Below, in pieces: positions 8,664-18,070 of a DNA stretch of 64,000 nucleotides (position 1 is the first letter of the stretch; every line of letters begins with the position of its first letter). The notes below the pieces were generated by a model that did no database searches, was not told the origin of the DNA, and worked only from the letters and a program-made list of their open reading frames with translations. This DNA comes from a virus (lineage: Duplodnaviria > Caudoviricetes). The stretch spans positions 1-64,000 of IMG/VR virus record IMGVR_UViG_3300045391_002348; one strand, 5' to 3'. A program made the position numbers and the translations under genes.

Positions 8664-9002
8664 ATGAACAAGGATCGTTTGAAGTTAGTCGTGGACGAGG
8701 GCGTTGCCATCGATCCCGAGTACAAGAGGCAGTTTGAAATGGCACAAAGCCGTGGCGACGCTAAGTTAGCTGCTAAGCTCGCTCTATTGTGGGCGAGAGA
8801 CATCGTTAGCTTAGATAACAAGATCGCCCGTATCCTGAACCGGATCGAGACGTACAGGACCCTCGCAGCTCACTGCAATGATCCGGTAGCTCGGGACACT
8901 TTTCTTGACTGTGCAGATACACTTACTCGTGTTATTAAGCTACGGCTGGCCGGGATAGACGAGCCGGTGCCAGACTGCTCCGCCTCTGAGGTGGTCAAAT
9001 GA
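8664..9002 (+). CDS. Hypothetical protein (112 aa)
   Basis: RBS-like GAGAG; helical; co-oriented with the late operon. Confidence 0.6.
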   Translation: MNKDRLKLVVDEGVAIDPEYKRQFEMAQSRGDAKLAAKLALLWARDIVSLDNKIARILNRIETYRTLAAHCNDPVARDTFLDCADTLTRVIKLRLAGIDEPVPDCSASEVVK

Positions 9003-9081
9003 TTACAAAGAGTTTCGCCAGGAGTGGCGCACACAGGCACTGTATGGTGCAACGTCCTTGGGGCGTTTCCTCCCTTGACTT

Positions 9082-9112
9082 GGGCCGCCCGGCAGCGGGC
9101 GGCTCCCTTTCT
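9082..9112 (+). terminator. GC hairpin, terminator-like
   Basis: GGGCCGCCCG-GCAG-CGGGCGGCTC (10 bp, one G-U) followed by CCTTTCT; U-tract is weak. Confidence 0.4.
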
Positions 9113-9126
9113 GAGGGAGAGTTGAG

Positions 9127-9870
9127 ATGATGAGCTATAGTCGAAACTTGGAGGACGTGGTCCTCCATCGCGTGTTCGGGGACGTAGGTGTCGGGACCTA
9201 TGTCGATGTGGGGGCCGGCCACCCTCTCTGGGACAGCAACACTTATGCTCTCTATCGGAGAGGGTGGCGTGGGGTAGTGGTAGAACCCCTGCTGAGGTTC
9301 AAGCCATACAACGAGGCTTGGAACGAGCTCAGGCCCGGAGATACGAGAGTGTCCTCGATGGCAGGGGCCGGGATTGGTAAGAGAGAATTACAAATATTTG
9401 AGTCCCTCCAACTCAGCACTGGATGCGCCGAGGTCGCCGACCTCTGGACGCGAGGAGGGAAGCCACCTGCGAGGACGGAGTTGCTTGACGTCGTGCGTAT
9501 CGCCGACCTCATGCCTCCTGATCCAGTACACTTCATGAATATCGACGTGGAGGGTATGGAGCGCGAGGTCATAGCTGGCCTCGGTCCCCGCCTCCCCTGG
9601 GTCGTGTGTCTCGAGACCACGCGCCCAGGGACATCTCAGATACATGATCCGACTATCATCGACTCTCTCGTGTCGAGGGGATACCGTCTCGCGTACTTCG
9701 ATGGAATAAATGCGTTCCTCCTGAGCGACTATCATCTCAACCTACGGAAGTTCTTCAGGCTCGATGCCCCCGGCGGCTTCGTCCAATACTCCAAGACTAA
9801 GGAGTGCCAGGAGCTTTACAAGGAGTGGCAGGGGCGGGTCAAGGCAGAGGCATCGGAGTTATTCGCATGA
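9127..9870 (+). CDS. FkbM-family methyltransferase
   Basis: YVDVGAGHP...SNTYALYRRGWRGVVVEP; FMNIDVEGMEREVI. Confidence 0.9.
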   Translation: MMSYSRNLEDVVLHRVFGDVGVGTYVDVGAGHPLWDSNTYALYRRGWRGVVVEPLLRFKPYNEAWNELRPGDTRVSSMAGAGIGKRELQIFESLQLSTGCAEVADLWTRGGKPPARTELLDVVRIADLMPPDPVHFMNIDVEGMEREVIAGLGPRLPWVVCLETTRPGTSQIHDPTIIDSLVSRGYRLAYFDGINAFLLSDYHLNLRKFFRLDAPGGFVQYSKTKECQELYKEWQGRVKAEASELFA

Positions 9871-9989
9871 GGAGACACTCAAGGCGATCGAAGTCCCCAC
9901 CCTCGCGTCCTCTGTTTCTAACAGCGCGGCTTCTCGTCTCGTTCCGCTGGGAATGGTCCTGGCGGAGTTTCAAATGGAGATATGTGAAG

Positions 9990-10364
9990 ATGACAAAAGC
10001 ACTTCTCAAGTGGGTCGATCCCACGACGCGCGTCGACGGCTCGGCTCTCGCCTCCTCGGACATCTCGTCGATCACGATCCATGATGACACCGACGGTCTC
10101 GTGGGCTCGGTACTCCCGGGGGTCCAGACCTTCACGACCTCTACGCTCTCCGTGGGGGATCACTCCTTCTACGCGATCGCTCATGACACGAGCGGCCACT
10201 CCTCGGGTAGGTCGAACGTGGCCTCGGTCACGGTAACTCCGACCCTCGCGAACCCGGCCGCCCCGTCCGGTCTGACAGCAGAGCTGGTCGAGGAGCCGTT
10301 GCCGCCTCCCGCAGCGCCGCCCTCCGACGCTCCTCCGCCTGCAGACACTCCGGCCGGCGGCTGA
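9990..10364 (+). CDS. Fibronectin type III-like protein with Pro-rich tail
   Basis: LKWVDPTT...HSFYAIAHDTSGHSSGRSNVASVT...PAAPSGLTA Fn3 pattern; GGAG RBS. Confidence 0.6.
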   Translation: MTKALLKWVDPTTRVDGSALASSDISSITIHDDTDGLVGSVLPGVQTFTTSTLSVGDHSFYAIAHDTSGHSSGRSNVASVTVTPTLANPAAPSGLTAELVEEPLPPPAAPPSDAPPPADTPAGG

Positions 10365-10366
10365 TC

Positions 10367-10555
10367 TTGCTCGCACTGAAGCAGTGCGCTCACTCTTGTT
10401 GCAGCATCGACGGCGTCTGCTGTGGGTGCTGCAAGAAGTTCGGGGAGGAGCCCTCGAACCAGCTGGCAGCTAGCTGCCGGAAGGAGGGCGAGAAGGACTG
10501 CTGCCACACGCACAAACCAACCACACCCTCGATTACTTGGCAGCAGTCCCCATGA
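10367..10555 (+). CDS. Cys-rich small protein (metallothionein-like)
   Basis: 10 Cys and 3 His in 62 aa; fills the gap exactly; stop overlaps the portal ATG. Confidence 0.5.
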   Translation: MLALKQCAHSCCSIDGVCCGCCKKFGEEPSNQLAASCRKEGEKDCCHTHKPTTPSITWQQSP

Positions 10556-12039
10556 GCCCAGCGAAGAAGATCGTCCAGCTGTTCCCGTTCATGAACGACA
10601 CGTTCCAGAACCTCCTTGCGGGGTTCGGAGTTCTCGGAAGGGACAAGGCCGTCAGTCAGCAGGCGATCTTACGACTACTGTCCATGGCCGATCTCGAAGC
10701 GCTCTACCGAGGGGACTGGTTGTCACGGAAGATCATCGATGCCCCCGCATTCGACATGTGCCGGCAGTGGCGCCAGTGGCAGGCAGACGCCGAGGACATA
10801 ACGAAGATCGAGGAGTGCGAGATCACCCTGAAGTTACAGCAGAAGCTCATGGAGGCCATGTGCATGTCCCGCCTATACGGCGGTGCGTGCTTGATCCTCG
10901 GAGTAGATCGAGGAGACTTCAGAAGCGAGCTCGATCCGAAGAAGGTCCAGAAGGATGAGTTGAAGTTCGTCCACGTCGTCTCGAAGAACGTGATCTCGAC
11001 CGGGCCGAGGGTCCGAGACATCATGTCTCCGTGGTTCAACCAGCCGTCCTACTTTGTCAGGCCCAACGTCCCCACTCCGCCTCCTCCCGGGGGCGTCGAG
11101 CCGGTGGCCCAGTACGACCTACCAAACGCTCTACCTGACATGGGCTCCTTCTACATCCACCCCTCGCGGGTCATCCAATTCGTCGGAGCCCCCTACCCGG
11201 ACCCTGAGATAGCTCCGGACGCCTGGGGTGACAGTGTGCTACAGATAGTACACGACGCAATCAACTCGACTTCGATGGTGAATTCATCGATCAGTTCGAT
11301 GATAGCCGAGGCCAAGGTCGACGTGATCAAGATGCCGGGTCTGGCTGAAGTTATGAGTACTCAGGAGGGGTCGAGTCGACTGATAGAGAGGTTCGCAAGG
11401 TCCAATGCGGCAAAGAGTGTCGTGAATACTTTGATGCTCGACGCAAAGGAGGAGTGGGAGAGGCACACACTCGCTCTCTCCGGGTTTGACTCGGTCATGA
11501 TGACTTACCTGACTATCGCTGCAGGCGCAGCAGATATCCCGGCTACCCGCCTCCTGGGCAAGAGTCCGTCCGGGATGGATGCGACCGGCGAGAGTGACAT
11601 GCGGAACTACTACGACCGGCTGAAGTCCGACCAGAACATGAGACTGAAGCCGGCCCTCGGTCCTCTCGATGAGATCATCATCCGCAGCCTCATCGGTACG
11701 AGGGAGCCGGGTGACTTCTCGTACGAGTGGCGTCCGCTCTGGCAGATGGACGATGCGCAGAAGGCGGACATCGAGTTCAAGATCGCCCAGGCCCACGCAG
11801 TGGATGCGAACTCCGGTCTCATCGACCCCGTCCTACTCCGGACAGGGCGGGAGAACTACCTGAGTGAGCACGGCGTCCTCTATCCGGGATTCGACGTGGC
11901 CCGAGCAGACTACGAGGAGGAGTTCGCAGCCGAGCTCGAAGAGCGGAGCAACGCGATGCGGGAGGCCGAGATGAATGGCCTTAATAACACGGGTCAGCCC
12001 GACGACCCTGCTGTCGAGGAACTGACGAACGGGGAGTAG
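10552..12039 (+). CDS. Portal protein (DUF1073 family)
   Basis: LYRGDWLSRKIIDAPAFDMCRQW; IHPSRVIQF; AADIPATRLLGKSPSGMDATGESDMRNYYD. Confidence 0.9.
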   Translation: MSPAKKIVQLFPFMNDTFQNLLAGFGVLGRDKAVSQQAILRLLSMADLEALYRGDWLSRKIIDAPAFDMCRQWRQWQADAEDITKIEECEITLKLQQKLMEAMCMSRLYGGACLILGVDRGDFRSELDPKKVQKDELKFVHVVSKNVISTGPRVRDIMSPWFNQPSYFVRPNVPTPPPPGGVEPVAQYDLPNALPDMGSFYIHPSRVIQFVGAPYPDPEIAPDAWGDSVLQIVHDAINSTSMVNSSISSMIAEAKVDVIKMPGLAEVMSTQEGSSRLIERFARSNAAKSVVNTLMLDAKEEWERHTLALSGFDSVMMTYLTIAAGAADIPATRLLGKSPSGMDATGESDMRNYYDRLKSDQNMRLKPALGPLDEIIIRSLIGTREPGDFSYEWRPLWQMDDAQKADIEFKIAQAHAVDANSGLIDPVLLRTGRENYLSEHGVLYPGFDVARADYEEEFAAELEERSNAMREAEMNGLNNTGQPDDPAVEELTNGE

Positions 12040-12044
12040 GCATC

Positions 12045-12128
12045 GTGGGTGACTATCTGACGCTCGTGGTTGTTGTTCTGATCGTAGGCAGGTTCGCCTG
12101 GCTGGCTTTCTGGAGAGCTACCCTGTGA
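12045..12128 (+). CDS. Small hydrophobic peptide (27 aa)
   Basis: GTG start; LTLVVVVLIVGRFAWLAFW; GTGA overlap with the MuF start. Confidence 0.4.
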   Translation: MGDYLTLVVVVLIVGRFAWLAFWRATL

Positions 12129-14167
12129 TTCTTACGTGCTGCTCTCTCACTGATGCCACGAGCCGTCGCGATCCGACCGGTACTGAGAAGCTGCGGATAT
12201 TGGCTCGCAAGAACGCCGTGATGATCCTGAACCGTCTATGCATGAGCCTTAAGACGGCCGTTGTCAATCACGACCTTCTCGCTCTAGGTCCTCAGTCTCC
12301 GAGCCACTACTCGGACACGCACCTTCGTCACTCGGCATTGTCGAAGTGGCTGGCCTCGGTCTCCTCTCAGGCCTTCCACAACTGGCTGACCCGGCCGATC
12401 GCTGCTGCCTGGGTGGGCGGGATATCCGCGGCCAGGAAGGACGTGAGGGGACCGGACCCGGAGGACAACAGCGCGATCTTCCTGGTCTGGTCCGGTACCG
12501 AGCTGGCAGGGATACTGGGCGCAGGGGGCCAGCTGGTCTCCCGGGCGGCCCTGCACATCCAGAAGGGTACGAGGCCTGTGGAGGCCTACAGGACCTTGCG
12601 GGGCGAGCTCCTGAAGATCAGGCCTAGACTAGAGGCCCTGGCCAACATGGCCATTGTGAAGACCTTCAACACGGCGCGGCTGGCCACCTACGAGGCCGCC
12701 GGAGTGAAGAGGGTGGGAGTGGTCCCGGAGAGTCTTCGCAGGGGGAACCCGCTCATCCAGGACACTGGCTGGACGGAGGAGGCCCGCGAGGCAGCTCTAG
12801 CTGCCCGAAGGGCCAACGCGAAAGGTCCGTCGATCGAGAGTCACCCCGGCGGGGCAAGTATGATCGGATACACCTCTTACCCTCACGACCCTAATCCGGC
12901 GGCCCACGCGGGTCTGAAGCGCGACGCCGCTACGCTTCGAAGTAACAACAAATACGACGAGGCGATAAAGTCGAAGCTGAACGACTTACAGTTAGTTGGG
13001 TTGTTCAGGTACATAAAGGATGACGACTTTGCTCAGAATGTGAATAAGCCGCTGAGAGAGGGGACGGCCAACCTTCCTGGAAGAGAGCGCGTCAGGGAGG
13101 CGGCAGACGTCATAAGCAGTGCCCTGGCACAGCTACCAAAGTACACCAGCGGGGACGTCTACCGGACGATCCAGATCAAGGGTGGTCGAGCAGATAAGTT
13201 GTTCAAAGAGAACAGTGTCGTCGAGTTCAAGGCCTTCACTTCTACAACAAAGAATCGGGGGCTGGCTGAGGGTATCAGCGCGTTCGGTGAACTTAGCGGG
13301 GGCAAGGCCGTAAATAATAAGACCGTGTTTACTCTGAAGAACGCTGGCGGAGTCGACGTGTCTGGGATCAGTCCCTATGATCATGAACAGGTCCTAATCG
13401 ACAAGGGGTCCCACTTTCACATCGACTCAGTGAAGAAGCGCGAGGGTGGCGGTTGGAGTATTACGGCGACCAGAGTGTCTGGAGCGAAGGACGCCGATCC
13501 TCTCGCCCCCTACCGGGCCATGGCCCGGAGGCGCCGAGGAGTCGGCACCATGGTCCAAGTCCGGACCGCCGAGGACGACCTCGTCTGCGTGGACTGCGAG
13601 GACGCGGCGGAGGCCGGACCCTACTCCGTGGTCGAGGCCTATGATATGTTTCCGATGCACGTGAACTGCAGGTGCAGCTTCGTCCCCTACGACGCGGACG
13701 ACGAGGACGACCTCGAAGAAGATAGTGGGCCGTTTGATCCAGTCCAGCTGGCCCTCCTGAACCTCTCCGCCCTGCTCAACACGATGGACACAGGGTGGAC
13801 AGAGGAGGCCCGCGAGGCTGCACTAGCCGCGAGAAGAGCAGCGGCCCACGCAGCCGGAGCTGTCAGTGCCGGAGCCATGCGGGTTGGAGCCCGCGCCGCC
13901 TCCCGTTGGATCTCGACAAACGCGAAGGCGAGAGAGGCCCTGGGTAAGGTACTGACGGAGTCGAACGTAAAGTCCGCGGTCTCCCTCGGGATCAAGAGCG
14001 CCCTCTACCACCTCGGCAATCTCGACGACCCGGCTATGAATGTGATAGAGCCGTTCATCGAGCACCACGTCCACAACATCGAGTCGACCCTCCAGGTCAC
14101 GAAGGGTAGGGCCCATGATATGATGATGGCCGGGGTGCGGAAGCTGATGGACGCGAGGAATAAGTAA
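12125..14167 (+). CDS. MuF-like head morphogenesis protein with inserted ADP-ribosyltransferase-like domain and second cargo
   Basis: Follows portal; MuF Zn motif CVDC...HVNCRC; ART motifs VYR / FTSTT / YDHEQVL; two identical DTGWTEEAREAALAARRA tags. Confidence 0.8.
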   Translation: MILTCCSLTDATSRRDPTGTEKLRILARKNAVMILNRLCMSLKTAVVNHDLLALGPQSPSHYSDTHLRHSALSKWLASVSSQAFHNWLTRPIAAAWVGGISAARKDVRGPDPEDNSAIFLVWSGTELAGILGAGGQLVSRAALHIQKGTRPVEAYRTLRGELLKIRPRLEALANMAIVKTFNTARLATYEAAGVKRVGVVPESLRRGNPLIQDTGWTEEAREAALAARRANAKGPSIESHPGGASMIGYTSYPHDPNPAAHAGLKRDAATLRSNNKYDEAIKSKLNDLQLVGLFRYIKDDDFAQNVNKPLREGTANLPGRERVREAADVISSALAQLPKYTSGDVYRTIQIKGGRADKLFKENSVVEFKAFTSTTKNRGLAEGISAFGELSGGKAVNNKTVFTLKNAGGVDVSGISPYDHEQVLIDKGSHFHIDSVKKREGGGWSITATRVSGAKDADPLAPYRAMARRRRGVGTMVQVRTAEDDLVCVDCEDAAEAGPYSVVEAYDMFPMHVNCRCSFVPYDADDEDDLEEDSGPFDPVQLALLNLSALLNTMDTGWTEEAREAALAARRAAAHAAGAVSAGAMRVGARAASRWISTNAKAREALGKVLTESNVKSAVSLGIKSALYHLGNLDDPAMNVIEPFIEHHVHNIESTLQVTKGRAHDMMMAGVRKLMDARNK

Positions 14168-14168
14168 C

Positions 14169-14384
14169 ATGGATATGATCCACGCATCTCTGTCCTACAT
14201 CTACGCCAGTCTGAGAAGGAGCGCCGTCAAGCACGGCGTCGACCCCTCCAAGCGAACCAAGGCCGAGTTCGCCGGCGACGAGAAGGCCAAGCAGGTGTTC
14301 ATCGCAGCCTGGGGCCAGGAGGCGTACGACGGTCTGAAAGACGACCTCGACGATACTGGCTACACTATGCGAAAGAAGGTCTAG
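14169..14384 (+). CDS. Hypothetical protein (71 aa)
   Basis: Starts 1 nt after the MuF stop; ends DDTGYTMRKKV. Confidence 0.6.
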   Translation: MDMIHASLSYIYASLRRSAVKHGVDPSKRTKAEFAGDEKAKQVFIAAWGQEAYDGLKDDLDDTGYTMRKKV

Positions 14385-14389
14385 CAACT

Positions 14390-15343
14390 GTGAACGTCCT
14401 AGTCAGGGGTTTGCACGGCTTCGGAGACGGCATCCACCAGAGGGCGATCATCCGCTCGATGATAAAGTACAGCACCTACACCCTCTGGCTCCAGACGGCC
14501 TACCCGTGCCTGTATCTCGACCTGATAGGGGAGCGTCTAAAATTGGTAGATATCCAGAGCCGTCTCAGGTGCCAGGCGAAGAACGCGATCCGAGAGCAGC
14601 AGTACTTCTCCAGTCCTCCGCCCAACATCCTGCGGATCGAGATCAGTTACGACGGCGTCGCCCTCCACCCGGGAAGGACATTGGTCCAAGGACTGGCCGG
14701 GAAGTTCAACCTACCCGCGGACGACCTCGACTTCTCCCTGCCGATCCAGAGTGAATGGCGGCGCGAGACCTACCCTCTCACCGAGAGCTGGCCGGAGGAC
14801 AAGCCGTGGCTGATCGTCCGACCCCTCACCGAGAGGAGGGAGTGGGAGGGCTACTGCCGTGCAAGGAACCCTCTGACCTACGCCTATCAGATCATCTATG
14901 AGGAGCTTCGCGAGCGATACTTCACTATCAGTATTGCGGACCTGTCCCCGGGCAAGGAGTGGCTGGTCGGTCCGGGGCCCGAGGCCGATGTGTACTTCAA
15001 CAAGGGTGAGCTGACCCCAGAACAGGTCATGACCCTGTTTAGCGTATCCGACCTCATCTTCTCCTCGCCGGGCTTCGCACTTCCTCTAGCCCTCGCCCTT
15101 GACAAGAGGATCATCTGCGTGTTCGGTGGCTTCGAGTGCGCGGACGCCTACACGAAGTCCGAGAACTTTCTGGCTATCGAGCCGATCACCCCGTGTCCTT
15201 GTTACAACAAAGAACACAAGTGCAACAAGACCATCGACCTCATGAGGGCGCTGGAGAGGATAGAGGAGTTCATTGAGCATGATCACACGTCGACACGCAA
15301 TCGGTCTCCTGGCCTTATTGCCGGTATCAGTACGAGCTCGTGA
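14390..15343 (+). CDS. GT9-like (heptosyltransferase-like) glycosyltransferase
   Basis: GLHGFGDGIHQRAII N-terminal motif; LALALDKRIICVFGG; C-terminal PCPC...C. Confidence 0.75.
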   Translation: MNVLVRGLHGFGDGIHQRAIIRSMIKYSTYTLWLQTAYPCLYLDLIGERLKLVDIQSRLRCQAKNAIREQQYFSSPPPNILRIEISYDGVALHPGRTLVQGLAGKFNLPADDLDFSLPIQSEWRRETYPLTESWPEDKPWLIVRPLTERREWEGYCRARNPLTYAYQIIYEELRERYFTISIADLSPGKEWLVGPGPEADVYFNKGELTPEQVMTLFSVSDLIFSSPGFALPLALALDKRIICVFGGFECADAYTKSENFLAIEPITPCPCYNKEHKCNKTIDLMRALERIEEFIEHDHTSTRNRSPGLIAGISTSS

Positions 15344-15647
15344 CGACGGTAGATACGCTCAGCAGTCTCCAGCACTCAGAGAGTGGTTCGATAATCTCAG
15401 GAACAACAACGGAAACCGGTGCTGCTCCGACGCCGACGGTCGCAGGGTAGAGGACCCGGACTGGGAGGCCCTTCCCGAGGGGAGGTACAAAGTCAGGCTG
15501 GTACCGAAGATCGGCCAGTGGCACACAGTAGAACCAGCTCAGGTCGTTCGGGAAAATAACAAGGTCGGCTACGCAGTAGTCTGGCGATCCGAGGATTATA
15601 ATGGTCAAGAGACGATTATCTGTTTCATGCCAGGATCGTCGTCTTGA
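15279..15647 (+). CDS. Exported Cys-containing protein
   Basis: MITRRHAIGLLALLPVSVRA signal peptide; WFDNL...CCSDADG...CFMPG. Confidence 0.7.
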   Translation: MITRRHAIGLLALLPVSVRARDDGRYAQQSPALREWFDNLRNNNGNRCCSDADGRRVEDPDWEALPEGRYKVRLVPKIGQWHTVEPAQVVRENNKVGYAVVWRSEDYNGQETIICFMPGSSS

Positions 15648-15663
15648 GATCAGGGGGCACCGG

Positions 15664-15753
15664 GTGAACCTGGGCGACTTCAACCGACTGTTCGTCGGCG
15701 CATTTATACTAGCGTTCCTGATCATATTACTCGGGATCGGCTACTTGACCTAG
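15664..15753 (+). CDS. Small membrane peptide (29 aa)
   Basis: GTG after AGGGGG; LFVGAFILAFLIILLGIGYLT. Confidence 0.4.
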   Translation: MNLGDFNRLFVGAFILAFLIILLGIGYLT

Positions 15754-15766
15754 ATAGGAGAGTTCT

Positions 15767-17113
15767 ATGGTTATCAGGAGAAGGCGGACTGCCGCGACAG
15801 TCGTGGATACGAACTTCGAACAGTGCAACCGGATCATCGGAGACGCCGCGAGACCTCCGGTCATAGCAGATGATGTTCGGTGGAACACCGACAACGCCGG
15901 GGCCATCTCCCTGTTCGATGCGCTGGAGTTCGACGACCAGGCGAGGGTGAGGATCACGAACGATGGCTACCTCGTCGCGAACCCCAGGATCGCCAGGACC
16001 GGTATCCAGGTGTATCTCGGCTCCGAATGTGGCCGGCCGGACCTCGCCCAGGTGAGGGTCATGCGACCCGCCGACTCCGTGTTCCATACCGACGCGATGC
16101 ACTCCTACGCCCACCGACCGATCACCATAGACCATCCCGGCGTCCGGGTCACCGCGGACAACTGGAAGGAGTACGCCGTCGGCCAGACCGGCGGCGACGT
16201 AGTCAGAGACGGCGGCACTGTCCGCGTTCCTACTGTTCTCATGGATGCGGCTGCGATCCAGGAGTTCAAGAATGGCAAGAAGCAGCTCAGTGTAGGGTAC
16301 ACGTGCAACCTCGACTGGACCCCCGGAGAGCACGAGGGTCAGAAGTACGATGCTGTACAAACAAATATCAGGGCAAACCATCTCGCGGTAGTCGCCAATG
16401 CGCGGGGCGGACCTCAGCTAGTCATCGGCGACAACGCAATGGAGAACCAGATGAACTTGAAGACAGTCATGGTAGATGGCATCAACTGCCAGATGACCGA
16501 TACCGCGGCGGAGATTGTTCTCCGTGCGCTGAAGACTTCTGCCGATACGATCACTCAGATGAAGGCCGATGCCAAGAAGCGAGATGACGAGGACGAGGAG
16601 TGCGACAAGGAGGATATGAAGAAGGATGAGCTGATCAAGACGAAGGACGCGGAGATCGCGACCCTTAGACAGCAGCTCGCCGACGCGAAGGTCACTCCTG
16701 CACAACTCGACGCTCTCGTGAAGGCCCGCCAGGAGACCTTCGACAAGGCGCGGGCTCTCGGCATCAAGGGTCTCACAGTCGACGGCAAGTCTGTGGAGGA
16801 CGTTCAGAAGGAGGTCGTCACGACGAAGCTCGGAGACGCGGCGAAGGGGTGGGACGCTGCCCAGATCGCCGCCTCCTTCAACACTTTGACCGCCGGTGTC
16901 AAGACCACGGGAAGTCACACCCTCGACCATGCGCGTCAGGCCTTCGGCGGTGATCCCGCTCATCAGTATCGTCCGGGAGGTCCGAGCTACGCTCAGGGCG
17001 GTGTAATGAGTCCGCAGGACCAGGCCTACAGTGACAGCGTGTTCGATCTTGAGAACGGCTGGCGCGGTGCGGACTGGCTGGCGAAGAACCGTCCAGGTCA
17101 GCGACAGCAGTAA
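15767..17113 (+). CDS. Prohead protease/scaffold (DUF2213)
   Basis: GYLVANPRIARTGIQVY, RPITIDHP, QLSVGY, NHLAVVANARGG; coiled-coil scaffold C-half. Confidence 0.9.
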   Translation: MVIRRRRTAATVVDTNFEQCNRIIGDAARPPVIADDVRWNTDNAGAISLFDALEFDDQARVRITNDGYLVANPRIARTGIQVYLGSECGRPDLAQVRVMRPADSVFHTDAMHSYAHRPITIDHPGVRVTADNWKEYAVGQTGGDVVRDGGTVRVPTVLMDAAAIQEFKNGKKQLSVGYTCNLDWTPGEHEGQKYDAVQTNIRANHLAVVANARGGPQLVIGDNAMENQMNLKTVMVDGINCQMTDTAAEIVLRALKTSADTITQMKADAKKRDDEDEECDKEDMKKDELIKTKDAEIATLRQQLADAKVTPAQLDALVKARQETFDKARALGIKGLTVDGKSVEDVQKEVVTTKLGDAAKGWDAAQIAASFNTLTAGVKTTGSHTLDHARQAFGGDPAHQYRPGGPSYAQGGVMSPQDQAYSDSVFDLENGWRGADWLAKNRPGQRQQ

Positions 17114-17180
17114 TCAGCGCGCGGGGTGTTGCCGGGACCCTCCGCTCCATCTAACAAACACTTACTAGGAGATCATCTCT

Positions 17181-18029
17181 ATGGGTACAGTAGTCCAAAC
17201 AAGCTACGCTCCACAGCAGCGAGCCGGCATCGTTGGCATGCTCGTGAACCAAGTTCCTCACACTGTACGCTCCATGACTGTCGAGACCGCGGCCGGCATC
17301 GGCTTTGGTCTCGCCGTCAGCCAGGGGTCCAGGGACGGTGGCTGCATTCTCGCCGGCTCAGCCTTCGTCGGCCTGAGCGTCCGAGACGTCACCCTCGGCC
17401 TCGCCCCTGTCGATCCTCTGAGTGACACTCCGAACACTCTCGACACGTACGGCGTCTACACCGAGGCCGCTATCATGACGAGAGGAGACATGTGGGTGGC
17501 TCCCCAGGGAGCCGTGGCTGCCGGTAACAGCGTCTATTACAACACGACGACTGGGAAGCTCAGCGCGAGCGGCTCCGGCAACGGCGCATCCGGCTCCATC
17601 GTGTTCACCTCCCAACCGGTGGCCGACTCGACGATCACCCTGAACGGAGAGGCCTACACGTTCAAGGCATCCGGCGCGACAGGGGACCAGGTCAACATCG
17701 GTCCTACCCTCGGAGACACGATTAGCAATCTCGTCGCTGTCCTGAATGCGAGCTCCAACACCGAGACGGCGAAAGCCACCTACGCGGCCTCCCCCTCCTC
17801 GCCGGGAGGAGCTGGTCAAGGCTCGGGGGCCGACACCCTTCTCATCAGCTTCGATACCGTGGGCACCGCTGGTAACAGCTGGACGATCGCCACGACAGTG
17901 ACAGGAGCTACGAGGTCCGCAGCTACCCTCCTGGGCGGCACGGCTGCAGCTACTCAGATCACCGGAGCCCGCTGGGCGACCAGCGCGATCACCGGCCAGT
18001 TGGCTGTCGTCTCTCTCGGCAACCAGTAA
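17181..18029 (+). CDS. Capsid decoration/cement protein with inserted domain
   Basis: Between protease and MCP; GIGFGLAV...GDMWV; about 119-aa insertion at 17583-17939. Confidence 0.7.
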   Translation: MGTVVQTSYAPQQRAGIVGMLVNQVPHTVRSMTVETAAGIGFGLAVSQGSRDGGCILAGSAFVGLSVRDVTLGLAPVDPLSDTPNTLDTYGVYTEAAIMTRGDMWVAPQGAVAAGNSVYYNTTTGKLSASGSGNGASGSIVFTSQPVADSTITLNGEAYTFKASGATGDQVNIGPTLGDTISNLVAVLNASSNTETAKATYAASPSSPGGAGQGSGADTLLISFDTVGTAGNSWTIATTVTGATRSAATLLGGTAAATQITGARWATSAITGQLAVVSLGNQ

Positions 18030-18070
18030 TTCGGATCAGGGCAACGGGTCCTAAATAGGAGTGTAGTTAC

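Noticed and set aside
10552-12039. Anti-CBASS Acb1 label sometimes attached to this family
   Set aside because: Size, position and motifs fit a DUF1073 portal; no HxT/HxS phosphoesterase motifs seen.
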